From the IMG/VR virus record IMGVR_UViG_3300038492_000235, positions 1 through 62,770 of that record: 62,770 bases of DNA; one strand, given 5' to 3'. Both the position numbers and the translations under genes were made by a program. Under the pieces are notes generated by a model that saw nothing but the letters and a program-made list of their open reading frames with translations, searched no databases and was not told the origin of the DNA. The stretch is from a virus. Taxonomy: Duplodnaviria; Caudoviricetes. Position 1 is the stretch's first letter, and every line of letters begins with the position of its first letter. This document shows positions 10,681-22,100 of the stretch, one piece after another.

Positions 10681-11284
10681 AGCGGCTTTTGACCAGTATA
10701 ACGCTACTCAACGTCGAAAGTCTCTTGAAGATCCGGCATGGCCGCTAGCAATAACGAATTCGCTAGAACAGAATTCAGGATTCGATCCTACGATTACGTT
10801 TCCTTCAGGAGCCTTAAGTAGGGATGTTACTATTTCGGTAATTCTGAAACGAACTGCTGCCAATCCTGTTGGTATCATTGTGGAAGTAGGCGGAGCTACA
10901 AGAGGATTAGCTCTATGGGTGCCTGCCGCTTCCACGAATGGCCTAGGATTCGCTTTTGGGCAGTCTGGCAATGACGGCGGATTTATGACTGTCGATAACG
11001 TCTTCCCTTCAGATACCCTACAAGTGAAAATTGTCGCTGCCGTCAGTCCTCGGAACGGGGAAGGCCGTGTTTGGGCTAATGGGCGAAGGGTCATGCGTAT
11101 TAACTCTGTTAACGGAGATTTGAATACGGCTTGGGCATCTTCGGAAAGCGGAGATGTTGGAAATGCAAATGGTAATGTGCATCCTGACGTTCCTATTGGA
11201 GATGATATATCTTTGTCTAACATTGATATTTTAGGCAAAGTTCATTTTCATATTGGACAATTACCCTTGCAATTTAATAGCTAA
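10670..11284 (+). CDS. Beta-sandwich (LamG/ConA-like) virion protein
   Basis: Beta-rich pattern with GEGRVWANG; start taken at ATG 10670. Confidence 0.5.
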   Translation: MPNKAAFDQYNATQRRKSLEDPAWPLAITNSLEQNSGFDPTITFPSGALSRDVTISVILKRTAANPVGIIVEVGGATRGLALWVPAASTNGLGFAFGQSGNDGGFMTVDNVFPSDTLQVKIVAAVSPRNGEGRVWANGRRVMRINSVNGDLNTAWASSESGDVGNANGNVHPDVPIGDDISLSNIDILGKVHFHIGQLPLQFNS

Positions 11285-11299
11285 CCTTGAGAATTTATA

Positions 11300-11815
11300 A
11301 TGGCCTTTACACTTGAAGACGGAACCGGAATTGCCGGAGCAAATGCTTATGTAACAGTTGCCGAAGTGGACGCCTACCACCTGGATAGATTCAATCCAGG
11401 TTGGAAAGGTGACACTGAGCAATTAGAAGCAGCTATTATTCGCGCTACTGATTACGTAGAGACTCGTTGGAGAGGTAAATTCCGAGGACAGAAAGCTTCT
11501 TCTACACAAGGGCTCTCATTCCCTCGGGAAAACCTATGCGACGAGCTAGGAAATGCCCTGACAGGCGTTCCCCAGGTGCTAAAGAACGTTGTGTCCATAC
11601 TGGCGCTTTGCGCCCTTGCTGGACCGCTATACGTCCAGGTAGCAAGCAATACTCAAGGGCAGGCCGTTACTCGTCTGAAGAGAAAAGTCGGACCAATTGA
11701 AACTGATACGCAGTTTGTGGCCGGGGGGCAAGTATCAACTGTTAAGAAATACCCGGAAGCTGACAGACTAATGGGTAATTTGGTTACTTCCGGCAGGAGA
11801 ATTATCCGTGCCTGA
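11300..11815 (+). CDS. Head-tail adaptor (DnaT-like family)
   Basis: EDGTGIAGANAYVTVAE...ATDY...QGLSFPR motif. Confidence 0.85.
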   Translation: MAFTLEDGTGIAGANAYVTVAEVDAYHLDRFNPGWKGDTEQLEAAIIRATDYVETRWRGKFRGQKASSTQGLSFPRENLCDELGNALTGVPQVLKNVVSILALCALAGPLYVQVASNTQGQAVTRLKRKVGPIETDTQFVAGGQVSTVKKYPEADRLMGNLVTSGRRIIRA

Positions 11816-12200
11816 TTTAGCAACCTATGAAGAGCTTAAGCAAGTAGCCAATGAGTTAATTTTTGAAGCTGGTCGCACGGTATCGTTCATACAACTTGAT
11901 TCTACTCCTGACGATACAGCTACCCCCTGGGAGAACTCTACTCCGAGAACAGGCCAAACTTCTGTATCTCTAAAAGGAGTGTTTGTTGAACCGGAATCGT
12001 CTATACAACTTGGCGAAAGTTATGTTTCTAAGGACCTTGTGAAACGTAGCACAAAGATTCTGATAGTTGAGCCCGGTGATAATGACCTATCCACTTTTGA
12101 TGAAATTAACGATGGTGGAGTTAAGTGGAAAATTGAAGGTGTGGAAATACTTAAGCCCGGCACTGTTACTATTGTCGGTTTTGTAGGGGTAAGTCGATGA
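11808..12200 (+). CDS. Head closure/head-tail joining protein
   Basis: Synteny and size. Confidence 0.7.
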   Translation: MPDLATYEELKQVANELIFEAGRTVSFIQLDSTPDDTATPWENSTPRTGQTSVSLKGVFVEPESSIQLGESYVSKDLVKRSTKILIVEPGDNDLSTFDEINDGGVKWKIEGVEILKPGTVTIVGFVGVSR

Positions 12201-12610
12201 GCGCAACACCAGCAGTAGCGAGAACTGAAATCTTCGCTTTATTAAAAGCTGCTTGGGATACCGTTGGGCACCCTATGATGTATGAGAATGTCAAAAACAA
12301 TCCAGGCATTCCAACAGACGAAAGTCCCTGGGCCCGTGCAGTATTAAGGCATGCTACAGGTAAACAAATTACGCTTAGTGAAGAACCGTGCTATGAGAAC
12401 GAAGGTGTCCTGATAGTGCAAGTGTTCGTCCCCCTGGGCGAAGGATTAACTGAAGGTTATACGCTTTGTAAGCTCATAACTGACGCATATAAAAACATAT
12501 CCACTGATGGCGGGGTGTGGTTCAAAAACCCTCGGTTTATGGAAATCGGACCTGATGGTGAGTGGTTTCAATTCAACGTGTTTGTAGATTTTACTTACAC
12601 ACAAGTTTAA
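12197..12610 (+). CDS. Tail terminator-like protein
   Basis: PWAR...GVLIVQVFVP...WFQFNV; directly before tail tube gene. Confidence 0.75.
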   Translation: MSATPAVARTEIFALLKAAWDTVGHPMMYENVKNNPGIPTDESPWARAVLRHATGKQITLSEEPCYENEGVLIVQVFVPLGEGLTEGYTLCKLITDAYKNISTDGGVWFKNPRFMEIGPDGEWFQFNVFVDFTYTQV

Positions 12611-12625
12611 TAAGGGAGATTGATA

Positions 12626-14164
12626 ATGCCTAATGTCAATACCATTAGCTCTAATGGCTCCGGCTTACGAATTGCACTGGAAGACAGTCTAAAAACTCTT
12701 CCGGTAACTCCGATTTGGAATCCAGTTGAGCCAAACAGCTATGGAGATTTTGGTGGCAACATTTCAACAGTTGCTCGAAATCCAATTTCTGCTTCGCGTC
12801 AACGTCTCAAAGGCGTTACAACTGACCTTGATGCGACTGCTCAATTTACAGTGGATCTGACGCAAACTAACATTTCTGACTTACTTCAGGGATTCATGTT
12901 TGCGAACTTCATCCGAAAAACCGAATTTGGCGGAGCCAGTGAAGTTACGAATGTAGACGGCACTGCCAACGAATACGACGCTGCCGCTGGACTGGATGCT
13001 TTCGCAGCCGGTAATTTGATTTTCGCTTCAGGCTTTGGCGACTCTGCCAACAACGGCCTAAAGCAGGTCAGCAGTGCCGCTGCCGCTGCATTGGGAGTGG
13101 TTGAGAGCCTTAACGATGAAGCCGCACCGCCTGCCGCTGCCAAGCTTGTTCTGGTAGGACATCAAAGTGGAGGTGGAGACTTAGACGTGGATGTTGCTGG
13201 AACATACCCGGCACTGACCTCTACAGTTCTGGACTTTACTACCCTGGGCATTAATCCGGGAGAAATGATTTTTGTCGGTGGTGACTTAACCGTTGAACAA
13301 TTTGCCAATGCTGTAAATAATGGCTTCAAGCGTGTTCGCAGTGTAGCAGCAAACCGTCTTGAATTTGATAAGTCAGATCAAGCAATGGTTGCTGAAACTA
13401 CAACATCCGAAACTGTTCGCCTGTTCTTTGGCCGGGTGCTTAAGAATCGCACAGGAACCGATATCGTTTGCCCAACTTATCAGTTGGAAAGAACACTCGG
13501 GGCTCCTGATGAGGCACAGCCCACACAGATCCAGGCCGAATACGTTGTTGGTGCCGTTGCTAACGAACTGACAATGAATATCAATACTGCTGACAAGATC
13601 ACTGCCGACCTGAACTATGTTGGTGTTGATGTGGAATTCGTGGATGGGCCTACTGCCCTGAAAGCTGGCACACGTCCGACACTACAAAGCGCCGATGCTT
13701 TTAATACCAGTTCAGATTTCAGCCGTATCCGTCTTGCACAGGTTGTTGAAGGTAATGTCGCGCCGGACCCGCTATTCGCATACGTATCGGAACTGAGCCT
13801 GGGAATCAACAACAATGTTACTCCGGCAAAAGCCGTTGGAACACTGGGAGCCTTTGGCCTTACCAGTGGAACATTTGAAGTTAGTTCTCAAATGACTGCT
13901 TATTTCCAAAACGTTGCTGCGGTTCAAGCGGTTCGTAACAATGCCGATGTAACCCTGGACTTCGTAATCGCGAAACAGAACGCAGGTATTTCATTTGACT
14001 TGCCACTGGTTTCTCTTGGCGATGCACGTAACAATGTTGAGCAAGATCAGCCAATCACACTACCGTTGACTGCCGATGCAGCGAGTGGTAGCAAGATCTC
14101 TACTGACCTTGATCACACGCTCTTGATGGTCTTCTTTGACTATCTACCGAATGCAGCCCAATAG
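12626..14164 (+). CDS. Major tail tube protein
   Basis: EPNSYGDFGG...ARNPI...RQRLKG N-terminus, synteny. Confidence 0.85.
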   Translation: MPNVNTISSNGSGLRIALEDSLKTLPVTPIWNPVEPNSYGDFGGNISTVARNPISASRQRLKGVTTDLDATAQFTVDLTQTNISDLLQGFMFANFIRKTEFGGASEVTNVDGTANEYDAAAGLDAFAAGNLIFASGFGDSANNGLKQVSSAAAAALGVVESLNDEAAPPAAAKLVLVGHQSGGGDLDVDVAGTYPALTSTVLDFTTLGINPGEMIFVGGDLTVEQFANAVNNGFKRVRSVAANRLEFDKSDQAMVAETTTSETVRLFFGRVLKNRTGTDIVCPTYQLERTLGAPDEAQPTQIQAEYVVGAVANELTMNINTADKITADLNYVGVDVEFVDGPTALKAGTRPTLQSADAFNTSSDFSRIRLAQVVEGNVAPDPLFAYVSELSLGINNNVTPAKAVGTLGAFGLTSGTFEVSSQMTAYFQNVAAVQAVRNNADVTLDFVIAKQNAGISFDLPLVSLGDARNNVEQDQPITLPLTADAASGSKISTDLDHTLLMVFFDYLPNAAQ

Positions 14165-14189
14165 GGCGAATGGGTAAGGGGTAAAAGCG

Positions 14190-14228
14190 AAGTAGGGCGT
14201 TGCTTTATAGCGGCGTCCTACTTATATT
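14190..14228 (+). terminator. Hairpin terminator after tail tube gene
   Basis: AAGTAGGGCGTTGC-loop-GCGGCGTCCTACTT. Confidence 0.55.
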
Positions 14229-14266
14229 ACAGCACCATTAATAACATTAACTGAGGAGCAACAATC

Positions 14267-14722
14267 ATGGCAAAGTATGGCTATTACGCTACTACGAAAA
14301 AAGAAATCGAAGGTGAATGGTTTGCCTATGGCGATTTCGACATCAAAATGAGACGGGCATCAGCGACGAATAAGGAATTCGCTGCCGGTCTTGAAAGAGT
14401 TTCCCGCACAGATCTGAACCGTAAACAACGTCGTGCAGCCGGACGTAAAAAATCCTTGAAAGAGATGACCCCTGAAGAAAGAACTGATTTCTTCATCGAC
14501 CTTTACCTGGAATCAGTGATTCTCGGGTGGAGAGTTGAAGTAAAGCCCGGTAAGGTTGAGGAAGGTTTCATGTGGGATCTCGCAGGAAAGAAAGTTGAGT
14601 TTTCGAAAGAAACTGCCAAAGCTATTTTTCTGAAGTATCCTGAACTGTGGACTGAAGTCATGCTCGATGCACAGGAAAAAGAAAGCTTTGCGGAACTTGA
14701 CGAGGAAGACCTGGGAAACTAA
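14267..14722 (+). CDS. Tail assembly chaperone (gpG-like)
   Basis: Between tail tube and tape measure genes; ends at a slippery G GGA AAC TAA. Confidence 0.85.
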   Translation: MAKYGYYATTKKEIEGEWFAYGDFDIKMRRASATNKEFAAGLERVSRTDLNRKQRRAAGRKKSLKEMTPEERTDFFIDLYLESVILGWRVEVKPGKVEEGFMWDLAGKKVEFSKETAKAIFLKYPELWTEVMLDAQEKESFAELDEEDLGN

Positions 14723-15048
14723 AAGATGTTCTTCTATACCAATTAGTTCATGGAGAGCATGAAGAACAAAGAATTGAAAATGCGTTACGTCAGGGATTTG
14801 ATATTCCTGACGTAATAGCTAATAAGCCCATCCTTTGGGTAGGGCTAGAATTATATCTCAATGCGTTTTTTGCATTAAGTGGTTGCCGATCAGGAATGGG
14901 TGATGGGCCAATAATGTGGACAGCTATTCAAAAGTATTCAGAAGTCCACAGGCTTGATGAGGAGCAAGAAAGATTACTGCATTACTTCATTGCTGGAATG
15001 GATTCAACTTACTTAACGCATATTGAAAACAAACGGAAGAAAAAATGA
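14713..15048 (+). CDS. -1 frameshift extension of tail assembly chaperone (gpGT-like), absent from the ORF track
   Basis: GGGAAAC at 14713-14719; -1 frame open (GKLKDVLLYQ...AFFALSGCR...KRKKK) to TGA 15046-15048. Confidence 0.85.
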   Translation, partial: GKLKDVLLYQLVHGEHEEQRIENALRQGFDIPDVIANKPILWVGLELYLNAFFALSGCRSGMGDGPIMWTAIQKYSEVHRLDEEQERLLHYFIAGMDSTYLTHIENKRKKK

Positions 15049-15452
15049 GTTTAGGAAGATTCGCAATTCGTATAGATCAGCTTGCTCGCAGGATAGATCG
15101 TAATGTGGATATTGCCGTCAAACTCGTTGCCGTTGCAGTAAACCAAACAGTTGTGTTAACGACTCCGGTTGATACCGGTCAAGCGCGTAACAACTGGCGT
15201 GTGTCCCTGGGCACTCCGATCACGGATACTACAAGTGAAGTTGATCCTACTGGGACTACTCGTATCCAGTCGAATAACAGCGTTATTCGACGCCGGTCGC
15301 CCCGAGCCCGTCAATCAATCTACATCACGAATAATTTGCCGTATATCGAAGCATTGAATAACGGTCGGTCAGCGCAAGCTCCGGCTGGATTTGTGCAACG
15401 CGCGGTCTTGGATGGTATTAGAGCCTTGGATGGCGTAAGGATTGTCAGGTAA
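15045..15452 (+). CDS. Neck/tail completion protein (HK97 gp10-like)
   Basis: TPVDTGQARNNW...NNLPYIEALNNG...QAPAG motif. Confidence 0.85.
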   Translation: MSLGRFAIRIDQLARRIDRNVDIAVKLVAVAVNQTVVLTTPVDTGQARNNWRVSLGTPITDTTSEVDPTGTTRIQSNNSVIRRRSPRARQSIYITNNLPYIEALNNGRSAQAPAGFVQRAVLDGIRALDGVRIVR

Positions 15453-18313
15453 TGGCCTCAACACAACGCATTGAAATTATCATTACCGAACGTGGTTCGC
15501 GCCAAGTCCGCCGTAACATCGGTGCTATCGGTGATAGGGCCTCTGCATCGCAGCGGTCAGTAAGGCTCCTCAACCGCACGTTGCAAGCCCTTGCGACTGG
15601 CGCTATTGTTAGTGGAATTTTCCGCCTTGCGGATTCTTTCACAAACTTGCAAAATAGACTGCGTGTAGTTACAAACGGCACTGCTGAATTGGGTGTTGTT
15701 ACTGATGAATTATTCGACATTGCGCGAAGAACCAGAAGTTCGTTTGAAGCTACCGCAGAGCTATACGCGAGAACAGCATTAGCTACTCGTAACCTTGGGC
15801 GATCACAACAAGAGACACTAAATTTCACAGAGTCTTTAAATCAAGCTATTATTCTATCCGGGGCATCTGCCCAGGAAGCGGAGAATGGCTTAATTCAGTT
15901 GTCTCAAGGTCTTGCATCTAATCGCCTTAGCGGTGATGAATTGCGTTCAACTCTTGAACAATTACCAGTTGTTACTGATGTTATTGCAGAATCAATTGGC
16001 GTGACTCGTGGTGAATTGAGAGAACTTGGGGCCCAAGGTAAGATTTCTGCTGAGATTATCCTTGATGCTTTCCGGGACGCTCGCGAAGAATTAGAAATTA
16101 GATTCCAGGAAACCGTTCCTACTCTTGCACAAAGCTTTACCGTGCTGGAAAATACAGTTGTCCGGCTACTTGGATCACTTAATGAGTCTACCGGCATATT
16201 CTCAAACTTATCCCGAGGAATCTTGTTCTTAGCGGATAATTTTGAAGAGTTTGCTCGTATTGTTGCATCTGCCGGGGTTACTACCTTACTGGTAGCAGGA
16301 TTCAATGCTGCTACAACGGCAGTAAATCGATTTACAGCGGCGCTCGCACTTAACCCGTTTGGCGCTATAGCTGTTGCATTGACGGCCACAATTTCCTTGC
16401 TTGTAGCTTTCTCTGATCGCCTTACATTGAACAGTGAAAGCCTTACTACACTTCAGGATTTGGGATCAGCTACGTTTGAAAGAATCGGTGAGGGTATTGA
16501 AGCCCTTACGGAATTTTTCTCTGAGAACTTTGGATTCATTGGCGACTTTGCCAGTGAGACATTTGGTGGAATCAATCTGTCTCTTGAAGGCGTTCTAAGA
16601 TTTACTGCGGAAGTATTAGATGCCTATCTGGGACTATGGATCGGTATCTTCAGAGCCATTATAACTGGCGCGGAATTATTGCCTACTGCGCTACGAGCAA
16701 TTGCAACTGATGCTTTTAATAATGTCCTGGAATTCTTACTGAACCTGCCTAATCTCATTAACCGAATTGGAGTTCAGGTATTCAATGGACTTGTGTCAAT
16801 TATTCAGACTGGAATTAACCAGCTAATTACCGGAGTGAACTTCATATTCGACCAACTGGGCATTGCTGCCATAGCTGCTGTTGAATTAGTGGAAACGGTA
16901 ATTGAAGGTGGAACTTCAACTGAAGAATTCGGCGCTGCTGTTGGCGAAGCATTCAGATCTGGATTCGATTTCCAGGGACTATCCCAGGAACTCGATCTAT
17001 TATTGGATCGGGCAGAAGATTTTACAGAAACAAGACTTGGTAATGCTGCCAGAGATGCTGAAGAAGCTCGTAGAGCAAGAGCAAATCTAACAACGACAGG
17101 CACCAATACGATTCCTGATCAAAATGACAGAGCATTCCAGGAATTACTGGATCGCCTACAGCAAGAAAATGCACTGCTGACTGTCAATGCAGATATCAGG
17201 CAATTAGCACAGGGAGTCATCGCTGCTGAAAACACATTGCGTCGGGAACTAACATCAACTGAGCGCGATCTACTGAGAGTTGAATTACAGACTCAACAAC
17301 AATTAGAGCGTCGCGCTGAAATTTTAGATGGGCTGAATGCTCCACAGACCAATTTCTTGCAAGGGCAAAGAGCACTTGACGAATTGCTGCGTGATGGATT
17401 GATTACCCTTGACCAATACAACACTGCACTGGTTGATCTTGAAGTTCAATTTATCAATACATTTGATGCACAAGGATTCGGTCAAAATTTCCGGTTTACT
17501 CTACGAGACATGGAGCTTGCTACTCGTGACAGTTTAGGTCGTATCGGTGCAACATTTGCTGAAGTCTTTGGCCCTGGTGGAACTGTCAGTCGAGGATTTG
17601 CGGATACTTTTGCAAATGCTTTATTACTGGACGGTCAGATTGATGAGACTACTGGCAAGACTATTAGCTTCAGAAATGAATTCAGAGACGGCATCCAGGA
17701 AATATCTGAAGCCATTGTCAATCAGTTGATTTCTGCATTAGTGCAGGTCGGTATCAATTTAGTATTGACCAATACCATTGGGCGATTACTTGGAACAAGC
17801 TCACTGGCAGCAACTACCGCCGATGCTGCGGCCGCTGCGTCTGCCTGGGCTACTCCTGCTGCACTTGCATCGCTCGCGACACTGGGAACCAATGCCTTGG
17901 CCGCTAACGCTGCTGTGGCTGGCACAATTGCTTCTACAAATGCCCTAGCTCGCATTCCTGGATTCCAGGACGGTGGATTTACCGGTAACGTAGGTCGCAA
18001 TGATATCGCTGGATTTGTGCACGGTAGAGAATTTGTAATGAATGCAAATGCTACTGCCAGAAATAGACCGTTGCTTGAAAACTTGAATAGAGGCGGCCAA
18101 CTTCGTGCCGGTGGAACTGTTGTAAACATTCAAAACAATGCTCCTGGCGTTGTATTTGAGCAACAACAAGTTAGTCGCGACGAAATCAGAATCATTGCAC
18201 GTCAAGCTGTGCGCGAAGATGCTCCAAATGTAGTTGCTGCGGATCTCAATAATCCGAATAGCAAAATAAGTAAATCGGTTAACAGAAACACAACTGCGAA
18301 TAGGCGAAGATAA
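15452..18313 (+). CDS. Tape measure protein
   Basis: QLSQGLASNRLSGDELRS tape-measure motif; C-terminal GFQDGGFTG...AGFVHGREFV. Confidence 0.95.
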   Translation: MASTQRIEIIITERGSRQVRRNIGAIGDRASASQRSVRLLNRTLQALATGAIVSGIFRLADSFTNLQNRLRVVTNGTAELGVVTDELFDIARRTRSSFEATAELYARTALATRNLGRSQQETLNFTESLNQAIILSGASAQEAENGLIQLSQGLASNRLSGDELRSTLEQLPVVTDVIAESIGVTRGELRELGAQGKISAEIILDAFRDAREELEIRFQETVPTLAQSFTVLENTVVRLLGSLNESTGIFSNLSRGILFLADNFEEFARIVASAGVTTLLVAGFNAATTAVNRFTAALALNPFGAIAVALTATISLLVAFSDRLTLNSESLTTLQDLGSATFERIGEGIEALTEFFSENFGFIGDFASETFGGINLSLEGVLRFTAEVLDAYLGLWIGIFRAIITGAELLPTALRAIATDAFNNVLEFLLNLPNLINRIGVQVFNGLVSIIQTGINQLITGVNFIFDQLGIAAIAAVELVETVIEGGTSTEEFGAAVGEAFRSGFDFQGLSQELDLLLDRAEDFTETRLGNAARDAEEARRARANLTTTGTNTIPDQNDRAFQELLDRLQQENALLTVNADIRQLAQGVIAAENTLRRELTSTERDLLRVELQTQQQLERRAEILDGLNAPQTNFLQGQRALDELLRDGLITLDQYNTALVDLEVQFINTFDAQGFGQNFRFTLRDMELATRDSLGRIGATFAEVFGPGGTVSRGFADTFANALLLDGQIDETTGKTISFRNEFRDGIQEISEAIVNQLISALVQVGINLVLTNTIGRLLGTSSLAATTADAAAAASAWATPAALASLATLGTNALAANAAVAGTIASTNALARIPGFQDGGFTGNVGRNDIAGFVHGREFVMNANATARNRPLLENLNRGGQLRAGGTVVNIQNNAPGVVFEQQQVSRDEIRIIARQAVREDAPNVVAADLNNPNSKISKSVNRNTTANRRR

Positions 18314-18819
18314 TGGCTTCACAAGCATTTTATGAATATTTTCTAAACTCTCCATCAACAGTGGTGATGTTGGAATTGCTTGAAATTAGCCATCCCAATT
18401 TCACGCAGACTTATTATATTGTTCGCAATGCCACTAAAGGGGTCACGGTCACTTTAGAGAATTTGGCAGTGCAACTATTTGATTATTATCCACTTAGGAT
18501 AACTCCGTTATCTGCAAGCGATGACTTGGATCAGGCACTTAGAATTGACCTTGGAGATATAGGCGAAGTCTTTCCTCAAGAGCTTGATGCAATCGCAACT
18601 GCTCGTGGATTCGATACCAAGCCTACGGTTATTTACCGCACGTATCGATCTGATGATTTAGCCGCTCCTCTATATGGTCCTTGGACCTTGGAGGTTAGCA
18701 GTTTCAGCTTCAACCAAGATGGGGTATCATTCGAAGCCAAGGCCCCGAGCCTCAACGTTGCCGGGACTGGGCAAATTTACACCTTAAATAGATTCCCTAT
18801 GATGAGAGGATTCTTGTAG
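18313..18819 (+). CDS. Minor tail protein (DUF1833-like)
   Basis: LELLEISHPNF N-terminus, position after tape measure. Confidence 0.75.
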   Translation: MASQAFYEYFLNSPSTVVMLELLEISHPNFTQTYYIVRNATKGVTVTLENLAVQLFDYYPLRITPLSASDDLDQALRIDLGDIGEVFPQELDAIATARGFDTKPTVIYRTYRSDDLAAPLYGPWTLEVSSFSFNQDGVSFEAKAPSLNVAGTGQIYTLNRFPMMRGFL

Positions 18820-19184
18820 TGAGTTTTTCAGTCGATAATTACTTAGACAGGAAATTCAATTACAGAACTTCGAATTGCTGGCATTTAGTTCGAGATGTCA
18901 TTTTAGAACTAACAGGAAATGACCTTGGAGATTTAACGCCACCTGTCATAGATAGTGAAAATTTATCGTCTGCATTCTTGCATAACGAGAAAAAATTCAC
19001 TAAATTACAAAGTCCTGAGAGCCCTTGTATCGTAAGGATGTTAAGGGCCGGACAGACGCCTCACGTAGGCGTTTATTATAATCGTCGATTACTACACATC
19101 CAGCGGCATGGTGTAGAATATTTGCCGCTGGATATAGCCTCAAGGGGTTTTACCATGTTGGAGTTTTACTCATGCAAAATGTGA
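18819..19184 (+). CDS. NlpC/P60-like tail assembly protein
   Basis: NCWHLV...HVGVY...LLH catalytic pattern. Confidence 0.8.
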   Translation: MSFSVDNYLDRKFNYRTSNCWHLVRDVILELTGNDLGDLTPPVIDSENLSSAFLHNEKKFTKLQSPESPCIVRMLRAGQTPHVGVYYNRRLLHIQRHGVEYLPLDIASRGFTMLEFYSCKM

Positions 19185-22100
19185 TGTTCACGGCAAATCC
19201 GTTGGATACATCCGCATGGGAACTTCATCAGGTTTCAGATATCTACACCTTCCTCCAAGAAAAATTACCTGAATGGCCGCCCAGCGCGAGAATTTATAGA
19301 GAGCATGTTGCAGAGTCACATGACGTTACGCCTACCTGTGAGGCTGACGTTAATGCCCTGGGTGACATGGACAACTTGTATGTGGTCGTTTATCCGGCTG
19401 ATCCAGCATCGATCATTATCTCGGTAGTTCTTAGTGCTGCTATTACCGCTGCGGCATTCCTATTACGCCGTGATCCAGAATTCCCAGTTGATGAGCAGCG
19501 AGTAGCTTCATCGAATAACTCTTTGTCCGGCCGTAGTAACAAGTCAAGGTTGAATGGAAGAATACCGGATATCTTTGGTAAGATTCGTTCATTGCCGGAC
19601 CTTATTGCTGTGCCTTATCGCACTTATGAAGATAACCAGGAAGTTGAAACTGCTTATCTTTGTGTTGGCCGAGGACAATATGAAATTCCTGTTGATACAG
19701 TGCGCGAAGGCGATACTCCGATAAACCAAATTGTCGGTTCGAGTGCAGTGATCTATGGGCCCAACGCATCGCCCAATGGGGGATCTGTGCAAGCTACTAT
19801 TGGCGCTGCTATTGCTGATGCTGTGCTTAGTGTGGTTGAAGCGAATCAGGTTAATGGACAGGTTCTTAATCCACCTAATGATGCGGCAGTGATCGGGACA
19901 AATAACATCCGATTTACGTTCCCGAATATCATTGAACTATTGGCCGGTGCCAATCTTGACTTTACTGAAAAGTTCGCGAACAATGATGTTTTGGCAATTA
20001 CCAATGCGGCATTTACCGGATCTATTGACAATGGTGTGTTCACTGAGTCTATGAGATTCGTGAGTCCAAATATCATTGAGTTCCAGACATTTGACCCGAG
20101 CAGCAATTTCCAGGCAAATGATGTAATAGCCTTGTTCAATACTGGTAGCTATACCGGTCCTAGAAAAGATCTGGTTATCGAGATCGATGATAACATGACC
20201 TTTGCTCTGGATGGCACCATTACTGTCATCGGCGGCGGAGGTTTCTCTGGGTATTTAGCCGGTGACAACGTTGTGCTTCTGAATGCTCAATATGATGATG
20301 GGTCAACTGCTGTTGACTTAGACGGCACATATGAGATTGCTACTGCTCCTGGGGGAACTACTATCACGTTAGTGAGCCCTGCAACGGTTAATAGCGATTG
20401 GAATCTAATCGACAACTACGCCGGAGATGTTACCGGCACGGTTAACGGTGTAGAGACAACTGTAAATAGACCTCAAGGTAACTTGACTACTCAATTGCAG
20501 GGTAATTACACTATCAGTTCTGTTACTCCAACAACTATTGTTTTGAGCAATCCTGAAAATGTTGCTGCCGGTTGGACTAATTTAACTGAATATCCAAATG
20601 ATAGAACTGAGTTCGAAACCCATGATGTTGCTTTGTCCGGGGGAAATAAAAGTGTTAATCTGAACGGATCATATACCGCGCTATCGGTATCCTCTAATCA
20701 GATAACCCTGGATAACCCTGCTGGGACTAATGCCGATTGGAACGAACTCGCAGATTACATCGCAGATAGCACTGATTATATTTCTCCAACCATCTCTTCG
20801 TCAGGAGACAGATGGATTGGGCCGTTTAATGTAGAGGTTGATACACTTGAACAAATTTTCACAAACTTTGTGGCTCGCAGAGGACTATACTCGATTGATG
20901 ATGGTGGGCAGCAAAGATCACTAGCTGTTGAAGTCGAACTTGAAGTGGATAGCTTGACTAATGGTGTGCCGGATGGAAACCCTGAATTATTTCAGGTAAC
21001 TATTAATGGTTCTGCTACGCTAAGAACGTTACGGGCAGCTACTATTAGAGCAAATCCGACGTTTTCCGGGCCAATGCAAATCAGAGCCCGTAGGATTACT
21101 GAACGAGATCTTGAATTTGACGGCACCATCACTGATGAAATCGAATGGGAAAGAGCCTATGGCATCTCTCCTGTATCGCAAAGTGACTTTGGTGATATCA
21201 CGACCATACATACCAGAACTCGCGCTACAAGCGGGGCCCTGGCTGTCAGACGCCGTGAACTGAACGCTGTTGTTACCCGTAGAGTGGGATTACGGATTTC
21301 AGGTGATACTTTTGATACTGTTTTAACCGCTACTCAAGATGCTGCGGAGATTCTTGCTGCTGTGCTTAGAGATCCGGTTATTGGTAATCGTCCGGTATCT
21401 CAAATCGACGTGGATAATATCTACGATACCATAGCAGAGGTCGAAACTCATTTTGGAACTGCTCTGGCTCGTCAATTTAACTATTCGTTTGACGAAACTG
21501 ATTTCTCATTAGAGCAAACAATTGCTTCAATCGCTACTGCATGCTTCTGCACTGCATATCGACAAGGCAATATTATCAAAGTAAGCTTTGAAAAAGCAAC
21601 CGTGGATAGCACGTTACTCTTCAACCACAGAAACAAGCTCCCCGGATCGGAGAATCGAGTTGTGTCCTTTGGGCGTCAGAATAATCACGATGGCGTAGAG
21701 TTAACATATATCGATCCAAACGATGGATCGACTTTATACTACTTAATTCCAAATGACAATACCGCGACTAATCCGAGAAGGGTTCAGACTGTCGGCATAG
21801 GATCACAGGAACAAGCCTATTATCACGCATGGCGCGCCTGGAACAAGATTAGGTATCAAAACACCACTACTCAGTTTACAGCGACTCAGGAAGCCGCTGC
21901 GACGATCCTATTGGACCGTATACTGGTAGCAGATAATACTCGTTCCGATGTCCAGGACGGTCAGGTAGTTCGTATCAATGGATTGTTGATCACTACAAGC
22001 CAGCCGGTGACATTTGAAGGTGGAGAAACCTACACAGTATTCTTGCAAAATACTGATGGCACTGTTGATGTGCGCGTGGCAACTGAAGTCATTGGGCAAT

